Positions 49,303 to 62,195 of a stretch of DNA of 64,000 bases are shown here, in pieces. Positions within the stretch are counted from its first letter, which is position 1. Every line of letters begins with the position of its first letter. The notes beneath the pieces are model-generated. The model had not been told where the DNA came from. It saw only the letters and a program-made list of their open reading frames with translations, and did not search any database. A program made the translations under genes and the position numbers. Source of the stretch: Oikopleura dioica (taxonomy: Eukaryota > Animalia > Chordata); assembly GCA_907165135.1 (NCBI GenBank), contig OU015568.1:4588001-4652000 (forward strand), read 5' to 3'.

Positions 49303-50293
49303 TAGGGTGAACGTACAAAAATCAAATCTTGTTTAAGTGAGAGTTAGAGGCTGATTTTTGCAGGATATATTCTTCATATCCAAGAAAAATCATATTTGTA
49401 AAAATCGTTTTAAAAAGCCCCGGGCGATTTTAGAGGCAGTCGAAAAGTACAGAAAAACTATTTTTTGAGCGAAGCAAGCTCAAGAGTCATAAGTGGGCTA
49501 GTTAAACGCGCCTTGACGAGCTGATCATTTTCCAGCCAAAAAAATTAGTAACGGGTCACCGATTGGCTCAAAATCATCATTTGAAACCAATTTTTTTTGT
49601 TTTTACGAAAAGAAGTCCTCCGGAGGACTTTTTGCTGGAAGAAAAAGTGATCTTAAAGATCATTCATCTAGAAAAATATCACGAAGGATCTTCCTGCTTT
49701 TTGCAGGCAATTTAAATTTTTAAATAAAATTAAAAACCATAAATGAATTCCGAAAGGGAGGAATGGGAATTTTATAAAGAAGGGAGTGGGCGGGGATGGG
49801 GACAATACTGAGATTGATCAACTCTGTAAAGGTAAATGTTCCCTGCCTTTGTCAAGCCCATTTTTAATAAAAAGCAAGGGAAGGGGGAGACCAATCACTT
49901 ATAAATTAAAAAAAAGTTTTCAAATGTCTTCCTTCAGGAGGAAGTCCTCCAGCAGTTAGTCCTCCGTAGGACTTTAACATTGATAAAAAGAAAAAATTTC
50001 AAGAAAAACGGAAATTTCTATTGAAAGCGACTGATCTGGATCTTCGTTACTAAATTTTATTAAATTAAAATGGCTTAGAAATCCGCCAAAATAAGTTTGT
50101 TTTCGTCGACCCTTTTTGTTTGGCTTCGCAAGTCAATTATATACTTTGACAGCCTTAAAAAGGTTGAAAATCTTGAGAAAATTCTCTGAGAAAAAAATTT
50201 AAATAAGAACTTTGGCAAGATGTATCACTATGCCAAGTTTCAGTTCAAACGGTCCAGTTGGAAAAAAGTTGATTTTTTTGTACGTTCACCCTA
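49303..50293. mobile_element. TIR element (about 990 bp), non-coding
   Basis: TAGGGTGAACGTACAAAAA-TCAA and the inverted TTGATTTTTTTGTACGTTCACCCTA; no clean TSD. Confidence 0.7.
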
Positions 50294-50349
50294 CCTATAT
50301 ATTGGGTATAAGCTGGGTACAAGCTGATGGCAACGTGATGGCAAGTTAA

Positions 50350-50616
50350 CCCTAGCCGGTCAAGGTACTCCAAATATGGAGCAGGTTTTTACCCATTTCC
50401 AAGTACCTCACAATATTGAACGTTTAATTTCTAAGAAACTCATTCTGGAGCGGTATTTACTTTTGCATCTTAATAGGCAGGGTTTAATCTATTTCCTCAA
50501 GACCATATAATTTGACCCTTATCATTCGTATCGTCTTATTTGCAGGTAAATCCCTGGCGCCAAATATGGAGTATCTTGACCGGTTCCCGAGAAATATCAT
50601 TTTTGGCCGGCTAGGG
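50350..50616. mobile_element. piggyBac-type MITE (267 bp)
   Basis: TTAA|CCCTAGCCGG...CCGGCTAGGG|TTAA. Confidence 0.85.
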
Positions 50617-50798
50617 TTAATGGCTACGTCTTTTTCCCTTGATTTTTATGAAGAGTTCATGCTCAAAAATCATTTTCTTACGTAAAACAAATCGTTTTCA
50701 TAGAGAATTAGGAACAAGACAGTCGGTGAGTTGTTAAAAAACTACTCAGAGACCCATCGGGCCAGACCTGAAGCTCACTCTTTTAATTTATAACTTAA

Positions 50799-51463
50799 GG
50801 GTAGGGTCCCCGTACAGGGTCAAGTCTAAGAATCGGTTTTTGACCACTTTTTCAGAATCTCCATGAAATTCTGAGCAAAAAAATGTGTATTTTTTCTATC
50901 TCAACCCATTTTCGCACAAATTGCAATTGAAAATGGCGAAAATATGTGCATTTTGGCTAAAAGGCGGAAATTTTAAAATTTTTACAATTTTTGGTCGTAA
51001 TGTTAGGGTGTCATATGATACCTTTTTGGAAAGCCAATCTATTTGCGATGAGAACGGCGCCTTTTGGGCTATGCCCGCAAGGCAATTCACGGAGTCAAAG
51101 GGACGGAAAATGGGTACCTTCGTACTTTTAAATTTTTAACATAGAAAATTTTGACCCATTGAAAAAAGCTCGTGTCATTTTTAAGATTAGGGTCCAAACT
51201 TTATCCTACAAAATAATCGAGGGCGATTTCATTGCTCACTTTGGAGGAGAGTCACCCTGAATATTGGCTATTTTCGCGATTTTTCGCTGAGACGATAACT
51301 TTGAGCAAACCGCACGTGACTTTTCTCTTGGAACTTCGAAAAAAGCTCGTGTCAATCAGAAGATCTAAGATTGAACTTTCATTTGGGCCATTACATGCCT
51401 TCCCAGCATTGATAGGTTCGGAGGAGAGTCTCGCTGCTTTGGGCCTGTACGGGAACCCTACCC
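50799..51463. mobile_element. TTAA-flanked MITE with GG...CC termini (Kolobok-like, 665 bp)
   Basis: TTAA|GGGTAGGGTCCCCGTACAGG...CCTGTACGGGAACCCTACCC|TTAA. Confidence 0.8.
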
Positions 51464-51735
51464 TTAACAACAACAATTTGAGGAGTTAACCAAGAAAAAG
51501 AAGAATTAAGATAGGACGAGACACCAAATGAGCGAGTAAAAGTTTTGATAGGCCGGTAGGCCAAATAAAGCAATATTATTGGCTTCGAAAAATCGCTTCC
51601 TTTGGTGTACGTTACTATATAGATTCACTCATATGGTGTGTCGTCTTATCTTAATTGTTCCTTTTCTTTGTTCGCACCCAATTTGATGATTTGGAAATTT
51701 TGTCCTCGAGAATCGGAAATTTTTTGAGAAAATGG

Positions 51736-54700
51736 TCAATTTAAATGTTTAAATCTTCCAAAAAAACTGCCTGCAAATTTGACCATATCCACTCCGTAAT
51801 CCCACCCTCCGACAGTAAAAAGGCTTCCAGAAGGCAATCCAACAGCAGAAAATGCAACAATGTGTCTAGAATTATTCTCTGAGAATTTTCCGGGCACGGT
51901 CGGACTCATTAACAATTGGTTACTCATTACCAATCTACCTCGGATGATTCTCTAAAAAACTCCACCCATCTTCCATCAAAGTCTCAACTGCTCTGTCTGA
52001 ATCTTCGCCTCCTATTGCGGTTGGGCGATTCTTGTACAAGCCTAATTCTCCTAATAGATGTCTATTGTTAGTTTGAAAGGTAGTTTCAACTGAGAATCCA
52101 TCGAATAACTGGCATTGCCTCCCACTGGAATAATCAAAGCAAATCAGAGCTAAAAAATACAGAAATGAAAACAATTTATCAGAAAACCTCTGCTGCCTCC
52201 GTCGATTGTTAAAGCCGAATGGCCAAAGGAAGCGAAGGATAAGCGAATAGATAATTTCGTAAATTGACAACCATCAAGGCGACCTATCTGTATTAACAAT
52301 ATTTCACTCATTTAAAATTTTTTTGTTACTTGAGAAGAATCAAAAAATCCACCAAAAATGTGAAGCTGATCATTTACCATCGCGATTTTCGATCTGTACA
52401 GGTAGTAAGCAATGTGGGAGCTGTAATCAGATGGAGGTGTAATAAATATTTCGTTTTCAATTGATCCATCTAGAAGTAACGAATATGGTTGAAAATTCTC
52501 CATTAAGTAAGACGGTAACACATTTATCTTTGAATTTTTGTAAGTGTAAAAAAAGTTATAAATTTTCGAAGTACGATCAAGTTTGAAGATTCGGACTTTT
52601 CTTCTCTGGCTATTTTCTGAAAAGGGTCTGATTGCAATTTTCGAGCTTCTTTCGTTCTGTTTCTTAACATTCTTTTGGAGTATGAAAAAATATTAAAAGG
52701 AAAAAATTTTAGAGAATTTCAAACTCTACCTCAAAAACTTCAACAAAAGATGAGTTATCAGAAATAATTAAATCAAACGAAAATCGGATTTTTCTTAGAT
52801 GTGCCACATTTGACTGCAAAATTATTCGTTCATCAAAATATGAAGAATCCATCCAAACAGACCCATTGTTATTACTTCCGATTTTTAAAAGGGTCGTTTG
52901 ATCAAAATTCAATTCAAGAATATTAACGTATTCGAAAGAATCTGACGTCTGCTGAAAATCGATATTGAATTCGAACAAACTACTTCCATTTATTTCCATC
53001 TCGATGGTAGAAATATGATTAAGTTCTTTTAATCCATAAAAATGACGATCCGGAACGATCGTTGTCTCTTAAAAATTGGTTGTAGCCTGCAACTTGCAGG
53101 AGATCTCATGCGATTTTTAATATATTTTCAGTCCTCCTAAAACTGCATACGGTAGGCAGCATACCTCCAAAAGATTTCGGAGGAGGAAATCGTGGCTGCG
53201 CAGCAGAATTTTTCGCAAAAGCGGGAAAAACATCATCGTGAAAAGCAAAATAGGGGTTGCTTGTCACGTGCATTTTCTTTTTTGTCTTTATTTGGACGAA
53301 CTCGAGGTAAATTTGGTCATTTAAAGGATTTTAAATCATTCGAGCGTCTTTATGCTGAATAAATATAAAAATCCTTGCCGAAATTATATTTGACCTCGAA
53401 GACAAAATCAAAAACATAGTTTTGAATCACCACTTTTTCGTCATAGATAACTCCATTTCCAAAGTACTCGCACTCATCGTTAATAATTCCTCCTGTGTTT
53501 GTAAAAGAAGGATCATCATCCGCAAATAACTTCGAGAAACACTGAGATTTTCCTCCATAATTTACAAGAGAACCGATCCATTCATAGCCAATAGTTAAAA
53601 ATTTTCCGTCCGCCTCCAACAAAACGGAGTATAGAGTGTTTGAAAGTGCAATGCTTCTGGAAACAACAATCAGCATCAGTCGTCCAACATCAATCTTTCG
53701 TTGAGTTTTGAAGTTGAGATTTTTAGCATAAGTTATAATTGATAACTTATAAATAATAAGTTAAAAAACTCGTTTCAAAGGGACCACGTGAATAGGATCA
53801 AGGTCTCTGAATTCTGCCGGCAATCCATGGTCGCCTTTTCTCCAACCTTTTTCCAGTTCTTCGCTCTTCCTGATTCGATTTAAAGCAAGTGTTGTTGAGA
53901 GTTTGATCCATTTTTCACCCATTCGAACACTCATAAGATAAAAACGTTCTTTGAAGCTGACAGATGAGACTTTCGCGTTAAAATGATTGCTTGCAATGTA
54001 ACCTTGTGCTTCTTCAAAACGGTTCAAATTATAATCGGGTGCGTAGTAGAAGCATTTATCGGGTCTTCCAGTTGGAGAGCTTTATCGTGATCAAGCATAA
54101 AATAATTGAATATTTATTACTATTAATTTTTCAGCATCTTTTGACCATTTTCAGATAGCAACAACGGGAAAAACTTGCCGATCTTTTTCTTTCACGCGAA
54201 TTTCAATGTAATGAGTTCCAATAGAAGATCCAAAATGGAAGACGAAGAAGCCTCTATACAAGCAAAATATGGATTTATTTTTATCAGAAGACTCACATAT
54301 GTTTGAGTCGATTAGGGATAAAAATCGGAGCATCGCCGTTTTCTTTAACTCTCATCAAATTTCCGATCGCATCAACCAAATAATGCTCGCCATTGAGGAA
54401 AGTTGCTCCTGTAGACTGAAAGGTTTTGACCGATTGTTTTTTGGGAAAAAGTGAAAAATTACGCGAGAAAATCATTTTCAAAACTGCTCATAAGAGAACA
54501 AGAAATTTGTAGCAATTATTTTTTTTTGTCCAATTTGGGAATCCAAATCGTCCAAAAGAATTGGAAAAGTTTCTTTTTCGATCTTTCGACCAGCCCAACG
54601 ACCAGTTATAAGTTCAATATTTCCGTTTGATTCCCATTCATCGTTTTCTTCAGAATTATTTACTGCCAGAGTCGTAAGACTCGACGATGACGAAGTTGAA

Positions 54701-55640
54701 TAAGATGTGGGTGAGTTTGGTGGAACAGACGTTGACAAGGTAGAACTCGACTGAGCGGTCGAAGTCAGAACCAGTGTTTGAAATAATGGTCAAAACTCTC
54801 GTGAGCGAGTGAGCGCGAGCAGAGGCCCTCATAATTTTAACACGAGTGAGCGAGCGCGAGCAGACTCTTTTGATTTTTTCGTGAGCGAGCGAGCGCGAGC
54901 GCAGATACCAGGATTTTTCTATGAGTGAGCAAGCGTGAGCGCTCGCTCGCTCGGTCGCGCTCACTCGCAGCTTTTCAACAACGTTTTCATTGAGTGATTT
55001 CTTGAAAAATTCTAATACTTTTAAATTTGAAGGACTTTTAACTATCATAAATTAATGATGTGTATTCTTACGAGATTAAAAGACTATATCAAGATAGATT
55101 TCATAAATATTAAATGATTTTGTCATGAGGGTGACTTCATTAAAAATAACCGTGAGCGAGCGCGTTTGAGCGCAAGCAGGGACCTTGGAATTTTATGGTG
55201 AGTGAGCGAGCGCGAGCAAAGGTTCTCGAAATCAACGTGAGTGAGTGAGCATGAGCGCTCGCTCACTCGCTCGCGCTCGCTCGTGGCTCGCGCTCACCAT
55301 TTTTCAAACACTGGTCAGAACTATTGGAGACTTCGTTGGCCATACAGTGTCTTCCAATTTTTGCAAATCAAAAACAGGAATCAATTTCTGACGCGACTCG
55401 AATTTCTCACATTCGTAAAACGGGCAAGGACATCCATTAGCACAGTACATTTGAGTGGGACAAACGTCACCGGCGGACTCGGAGGATCGAGTCAGTTCAA
55501 AGCAAATGGATTCACAGGGCGAAATCGGGTTAGTCTTTGTTGATTTCAAAACGAGAGTTTCTGAGCAAAGATGGCGGCAAATTTTTTGGTCATAAAACTT
55601 TTTCTTCTGACACCGGATAAGGTTCACTTCGTTTTCATCT
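51736..55640 (-). CDS. multi-exon gene with Cys-rich N-region, S/T linker and kelch-like C-terminal repeats; interrupted by a hAT MITE and possibly degenerate
   Basis: CPTQMYCANGCPCPFYECE; QLHIFGGFFDS, IGRLDGCQF, ALICFDYSSGRQCQLFDG, GELGLYKNRPTAIGG, FTVGGWD. The 3' exons splice in frame; the middle exons are unresolved. Confidence 0.55.
54772..55313. mobile_element. non-autonomous hAT element (542 bp) inside a coding exon
   Basis: TIR CAGTGTTTGAAAWAATGGT; 8-bp TSD GTCAGAAC at 54764-54771 and 55314-55321; GTGAGCGAGCG subterminal repeats. Confidence 0.92.
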
Positions 55641-55788
55641 TTTGAGAAAACTAACGGGGCAGGTTGGGCGTGCTCGATTTTGAAACTGGATCGGGAAGGA
55701 TAAACTCTTCAGCTCAGAGTTGCAAACTTACTGATCTACTCCCGTTTCACAAAATAAGGGTAGGGCCGTGGCGTCATTTCAGTGCTCA

Positions 55789-55994
55789 TGTTAGGTCAGC
55801 AAGAAGCCGTTATGATCTGATAAGGATCGAGGCGCCGCCGCTGTTTTGCACTGCACTCAGTTCTATCTAACTCAACTTGAAATACACACCTATTTCCAGT
55901 TATACTCGAAGATTATTCTAGAGAGCCGCAGGATCTATTAGAGAAGCAATGATACTTAGTGTAGTGGGAATCAGGAGTTATTCCTGACCTATCA
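55789..55994 (+). repeat. 5' LTR
   Basis: TGTTAGGTCAG...CTGACCTATCA. Confidence 0.95.
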
Positions 55995-56834
55995 ACTGGT
56001 GAACAAAAGTTTGCAAACCTCGACTCTTCACTGGAAACATCGAACTACTGGTTCCGACCGGTAACACATCCTCAGATCGCCTTTCCTACCACTCGGCCAG
56101 GCCGATCGACTGGGAGATTCTTGAGCTTTGACGTCCGTTGGGTTCATTTGGCTACAGTTAGCAGTTCTGCGCACGCCACTTGAAAGCCCCTAAAAGTAAA
56201 ATAAAGCCCGACCAGCTTATTTTACGGGGTCACCGCAGGTACTGTTCTAGCGCTGTCTGGTACTGGCGTGAATTCAGACTTCCAGCCATCTACAACCGCT
56301 TAACTCGACGCTCTCGGACCACTTGAACTACTGGTACTTCTTTCTTTGCCGCAGATCGTGAACTCGAACGCCTGCATTTGCTCTTCAAAGCCCCTAAAAG
56401 TAAAATAAAAGCCTGACCAGCTTATTTTACGGGGTCAACGCAGGTACACGAACCTTTTTCGCTGATACTGCCCGCAAGTTAAGCCGACCACGTACATTCT
56501 TCTGGACCACCTCTAGAATTCGACGACTTGAAACTTCTTCGTGGCGCTCTTCGCTGCATTTGCTCATAAAATTACCCCTAGACAAGGATTTTAAGTTCTC
56601 CAAACTTGAAATCCGGGGTAATCGCAGGTAGAAAAGTCGGTTAGCAGTGTCCTCGCTCCAACTTTAGCCGCCACCTGAACAACAAGTCTCCGTTGCCGTT
56701 GCTGATTCCGATCAACTTCATCGAACGATCTCAACGAGCACTCCCGCCACCTCCGAACGGACTCTGAAAAGGGTTCAACAACTGAATCTTGGACTGACTG
56801 ACCTCGCTGCGCCGCGCACCTCTCACCAGCAGCG

Positions 56835-57860
56835 ATGACAGTTCTATGGCAACTCTCCATGCCCATTGATGACTTGAAAAACGCGAGTCGAGCCAACCTT
56901 CAGAAATGGGTTGGGGAATTCGGCAAGTTCATCGGCGACAACTTTACTGACACGGAAAAGACCGCCGACGTCAAAGAAGCTTCCGACCGTCTCGCCATCA
57001 TCTCTGCGCAATTGCAGTCCATGAAGTCTACCCCAGCCAAATCTGGCGAATCAGCTGCACATCTCGTCGAGATCAGGCATGTATTCGATCTTGAAAAGAC
57101 CACTGACTTGAGTGATGCCGACAAAGTAGAAGTTTGGATCGCCAAGATCAGACAGGCAAAAGTCGACTACATCGACCACTTGGATGATGATAAAAAAGAA
57201 GAAGCAGAGAAGGTCTTGGTCCGTACAGCCAAGAAATACTTTGATGCGTCGGTCAACCAGTCCTTTCATCGCCAAAATCTAAAGACGACCACAGTAGCCG
57301 AGCTGCTAGAAGCCATCGAAACCATGTACAGTAGCAAGCTGAGCATCTTCCAGGAGCTACGAAGACCGCACGACGTCAAGTTCCAGAAGAATAAGGGCCT
57401 CCAAGCCTTCATTTCCGAGCTCAGCGAGGCACAGAAGCGTGCTTATCGTCAAGTAGAGCGTCTGTATCGCCAAAATGCCGAAGCCGAGAAGGCTGAAGTC
57501 ATCGACATCACTGCTTCTTCCGCTGCTTTTGTCAAAGTCGAGGCCGGAGTAGAACCTAAAACTGCTAGTAAGTGTTCTTGCCCTGTTAAAGCGCATGAGC
57601 TTTCTGATCTCTACAGCGCATGCCTGGCTTACATGAAAATCGCCGAGCTGTATCCGACGGTCGCGCTCAAACTCTGCGACTCCGTTGATTCTTGTCGTTC
57701 TCCACAGCAAGTCTACAACAAGGCTAAGTTGCTGATTGACCGTCTTCCGGCTAACATGACCAATGAGGATTCCGCTGCTTTCGGCGCCAAGAACGGCTCC
57801 TGGAACAAAAAGAACTCAAACAGTCAAGGCGACAACAAAAAACCATCGCTGGAATCTTGA
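56835..57860 (+). CDS. gag: retrotransposon Gag (C-terminus probably truncated)
   Basis: 341-aa ORF between the 5' LTR and pol. Confidence 0.75.
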   Translation: MTVLWQLSMPIDDLKNASRANLQKWVGEFGKFIGDNFTDTEKTADVKEASDRLAIISAQLQSMKSTPAKSGESAAHLVEIRHVFDLEKTTDLSDADKVEVWIAKIRQAKVDYIDHLDDDKKEEAEKVLVRTAKKYFDASVNQSFHRQNLKTTTVAELLEAIETMYSSKLSIFQELRRPHDVKFQKNKGLQAFISELSEAQKRAYRQVERLYRQNAEAEKAEVIDITASSAAFVKVEAGVEPKTASKCSCPVKAHELSDLYSACLAYMKIAELYPTVALKLCDSVDSCRSPQQVYNKAKLLIDRLPANMTNEDSAAFGAKNGSWNKKNSNSQGDNKKPSLES

Positions 57861-60800
57861 CGACTCGGACATTGTCATCAACGGTGTAAACGGCAAAAGC
57901 AAGGCTGTCGGAGAATTCATCACTGACGTTATAATTGGCGACGCTACCTTCAACGACATCAAGGTTATCGTTACCGACCATAAGAATACTCCATGTTTGA
58001 TTGGTCGCACGGTAATTGATCATCCTTCTTGTGTCAGTTTTGGGCGAACCGGAACAGAAATCGTGGTTCAACGTCGACTTGGTCCTGGTACCGACATAAC
58101 GACTCATAAGTTCGGAATCAACGGCTACCGCAGTGATCCCTGGAACGCGACGCGAGAAACTTCAAACGCCCAGCTACTTGTTCTTGAGGAACCACCTTCG
58201 TCTGGAACTAATGTACTGAGCGCCGGTACTCATTTATACGGCGAGGGAGGCGAAAATGCGTCTCTGGCTGTCGAATCGAGTTCCACTGCTAGAAAAGACA
58301 CTGTTACTTCTGAACAACCGCCTCATCGAGACAAACCTGATCTAAGCGCAAGTACTGATGAACTCTGCGCCTGGCTCGAGTCGAAGAAGAATCTGACACT
58401 GCCCACCTCCTGGGAAGATGCTCAAGAACTCAGAACGGTTAGCACGCTGTGCGTCGAGTTTGATGACATCTTTGGCAGCGACGAAGATCCTTTGGGCGAG
58501 TTCATTCATCCAGTCCGTATCCCTACAAATGGAAAATCGGCATCGCGCAAGCAGCACCAGATACAGTTCAGAAACCAAGCTGCAGTCGACGGTAAAATGG
58601 ACGAAATGGACACGACCCGCGTAATCGAACCATGCAAAGATCCAAAAGGCTTCAACACTCCTATCCACGTCGTCGATAAGAAAGATGGAAGTCCACGCGT
58701 AGTAGCCAACTTCAAGGATACACTAAACCGCGTCTTGAAGGACCCTGATCCATACAGCATGCCCTCGCTCCGGGAAATTTTCAACGAAATCCGACCTGGG
58801 AACATGTACTTAGCTTCTGTCGACTACCGTAGCGGATATTGGCAGATCCTCATCGACGAGCAAGACCGCCACAAAACTGCGTTCACCTGGCGAGGGAAGA
58901 CCTGGCAGTATAGGAAGATGCCGTTTGGACTGACGTGTGCGGGCCAGATATTCAGTCGATGCGTTGGCGAAGCACTCGAGTCCATCACTGACCGCGAAGG
59001 ACTTTACATCTACATCGACGATGTACTGCTGTGTGCACCAACGTTCAGCGCGTATGTACAGAAGCTACGCAGCCTGTTTCAAGCTACAAGAAAGTTCGGC
59101 TTGCGGCTCCATCCAGGCAAGTGCCATTTTCTGGCGAAATCGGTCAAATTTCTGGGCCGCGTTATCAGTCCAGAAGGTATGAGCATCGATCCTGATCATG
59201 CACAAGGGGTTGACTCGCTCAAACCACCAACAACAAGGACAGAACTTCGATGTCTACTTGGTCGGTTGACCTTTATTCGGGAGTTTCTCGAGACGAGACT
59301 TCACGAGCGCATCGACACGAACTGCTTCTCCCAGCTGGTCCACGAGCTCAACAAGTTGAATCGCGACGGTGAATTCTACTGGTCGCCGGAAGCGCAGTGC
59401 AAATTCGACTTGGTGAAGAAGCGACTCAAGACTAGTCCAGTCATCTCCTATCCAGATCCAGAGCGCGACTTCCTATTGGTCACTGACGCTAGCGAAATTG
59501 CTGTTGGCGCCGTTTTGCTCCAGCTCGTCGACGGAAAAGAGAAGGCGTCGCATCTCGGACGTTCACAGCTGTGGAAACCAGGTGGTCAACGACCGAAAGG
59601 GAGGCCTACGGCATCTTATTCGGCATTCGCCGATTTGATTACTTCCTTCGCGGTCGTCCGTTTGTCGTCAAATGCGACCATGCAGCCCTCCAGTACATTG
59701 ATTCTGTCGACCACAAAAACGCGAAGCTTAGCCGATGGATGGATGAGCTATCTTCGTACAGGTTTATTGTGGAATACATCCCAGGTGAGCCAAACGTCTG
59801 GGCTGACTTCTTCTCTCGGCCATTTGGGCTCAAGAAACCAGTCCACAAGGATGTTCACGTGCCAGCCGGGAAGTTTGCAGACTTCGGAAATGGTCTGCGC
59901 GCCTACGTCTCAAGTTGGTGTACTAAACAGCAAGTTAGTTGCCCTGTTGGTACATCTGAGAAGCTCCTTACAGAAGGACTTACCAGTGCTTTCATCACTA
60001 GAAGCGGCAGTTTCATCCTCAACACCCGCGTCGAGGACTACTTCAAACTCGCCAGCGATCAGCGCGCCGACTTCAGCATCGGTGGCCTCATCAAAGCAGT
60101 TACCAGCTTCCAGCGAGAGCCAAAGTCGATCCAACTTGACAGGAAAGATCACAACTACGACATTTTCCGCGTCAACTGGCCACATTTCAAAATTTGCCAG
60201 CGCACAGATCTTCTGCTCCATGTTAAGGACGGCAAGCATCGCCAGGTTCTCCCTCCAGAGCATGTTCGCCGGCTTCTCCGCATTTCCCATGATGATTCAG
60301 CTCATCCAGGCGCCAGTCGAGTCGCTGATTCTCTAGAATCGTATTGGTGGCCCAGCATGGATGATGACATCAAAAACTACGTCGCCTCGTGTGTCATTTG
60401 TGCCAAGAAGAAAGGTAACCAAGGTCACGTCTCGTCCCCAAACATCGGTCACTGTAAACGCGGCGAGAGACCCTTCGAAGTCATCTACATTGACTTTACC
60501 GTCTTCGACAAGTGTAACGGCAAGCGCTTCGTTTGTACAATTCTCGACAGCTTCACCCGCTATTTCATCGCCAAGGTCGTTCCCGGCGAGCGCGCGATCG
60601 ATGCTGCTCGTACAATAGTCGACGAAGTTGTTCTGCGGCACCAGATCATTCCGAAGATCGTCTCAAGCGATCGCGGAACTGCGTTCGTCTCCGCTACAAT
60701 GGATGAGATGACTAAGCAGCTGGGCATCGTCGCAAAACAGCACACTGCCTATCGCCCACAGAGCACAGGAAACCTGGAACGAGCCCACCGCAGCTTCAAG

Positions 60801-61739
60801 TCCTTCGTTTTCATGCTACAACACGAGCGAAACATGACTTGGATCGATGCAGTACCATACGCGTGCGCCTACATGAACAGCCACAAGAATTCTGGTACAG
60901 GTCAGTCGCCACATTCTCTAGTTACTGGTCGCCGGCCGCGTCTCACTGTCCAAGAAACCATCCACGATCCCGATTTGAGCTCGCCTTCTCCATCTTCTTA
61001 TGGCAAGATGATCCGAGAACGTCTTCAACTTCTCCACTCGCTCGCAAAAGTCGCCAACAAGGCCGCGGATGAAGCGCTGGAAAGAAGGTTGAAAAAGGCT
61101 CATCGTGCTCGACCACTCAATTCTGGAGACCAGGTTACTCTGTTCCGCCCGGTCGCCAAAGCAGCAAAGTCCAAAGGATACGACTGGATTGGACCGTTCG
61201 AAGTCGTTACTGCATCTGAACATGTTGTCAAAATCAAGGATCAGAAGCAGAATTACGATTGGGTTCACCGCGCGCACTTGCGTTACGTACCTGACAGACT
61301 GGCTCATCTTCGAAATTCCGAGTTGCAGCGTGAGCTCGAAATACTAGAATCTTCTGTTTCCGACTCGCTCAACTCCGATGAAAACCGTCCAGAAAATGCA
61401 GCTGGAACTTATTCGGAAGGCCATGATTTACTTCCAAAACTTGGGAGGCCGACTGAGAAAAAAGTAAGTTCCGGAAGCAAAAAGCGGAAAGCTGGACCTA
61501 CCTCAACGCAAACTCGACCGAAACGACCTCGCTCCGCAACTTTGGATCTTCCAGCTTCGTCGAATTCTTCTCGCCGAGCTTCACAAACTTCTCTTGATCT
61601 TTCTGGAACTCTTTCGGGACCGATTCCGGCGCTTGTCGAACATTTCTCTAAATTAGAAGCAAGTAGACAGCGAAAATCTAGCAGGAATCGCAAAAAGACA
61701 AGCAGAATTGAAGTTGATCCGAAGAAAAAGTCGTATTAG
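57860..61739 (+). pseudogene. pol: pol: half protease, RT, frameshifted RNase H, integrase
   Basis: INGVNG...LIGR; YWQI, MPFGL, YIDD; frameshift near 59545 before VASRTFTAVETRWSTTEREAY; H-H-CVIC, YIDF, SSDRG, NLERAH, WIGPFEV. Confidence 0.88.
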
Positions 61740-61989
61740 CTCTACTCGTCTCTGATTGGCTGAGCGCGCCGTCACTGACTCATCAAAATCGTCGGGCAAA
61801 AGTTTGCGCTCTCCGAGTTCTCTGCATCTGGCTGCGCTGTGATTCGCTCTTTCGCGCGCCGCTGACTCATCGCCGGCCGCTCCGTTTCTACTCTCATCTG
61901 CTGCTACTCCTCTGCTACTTATCACCTCTACACTTCTTCTTTCTTTTCTAGAGTCTCCAATCGTCAGAAGACTTGAAGACTGGGGGAGC

Positions 61990-62195
61990 TGTTAGGTCAG
62001 CAAGAAGCCGTTATGATCTGATAAGGATCGAGGCGCCGCCGCTGTTTTGCACTGCACTCAGTTCTATCTAACTCAACTTGAAATACACACCTATTTCCAG
62101 TTATACTCGAAGATTATTCTAGAGAGCCGCAGGATCTATTAGAGAAGCAACGATACTTAGTGTAGTGGGAATCAGGAGTTATTCCTGACCTATCA
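61990..62195 (+). repeat. 3' LTR
   Basis: Identical to the 5' LTR except T55950/C62151. Confidence 0.95.

Larger units (their letters stand above)
55789..62195 (+). mobile_element. Ty3/gypsy LTR retrotransposon (Tor-like), recent, pol defective, no env ORF
   Basis: Two 206-bp LTRs (TG...CA) differing at 1 position; 5-bp TSD GCTCA; polypurine-rich tract at 61966-61989; gag, partial PR, RT, RH, IN order. Confidence 0.95.

Noticed and set aside
218-52475. Recurrent TCTAGA / CGCTAGAA motifs as a promoter element
   Set aside because: Many coincide with minus-strand TTCTAG acceptors, and the count did not look clearly above chance for this base composition. TSS data would be needed.
55995-56012. 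Primer-binding site TGGTGAACAAAAG
   Set aside because: The position and TGG start fit a PBS, but I could not match it to a specific tRNA 3' end, so no primer is assigned.
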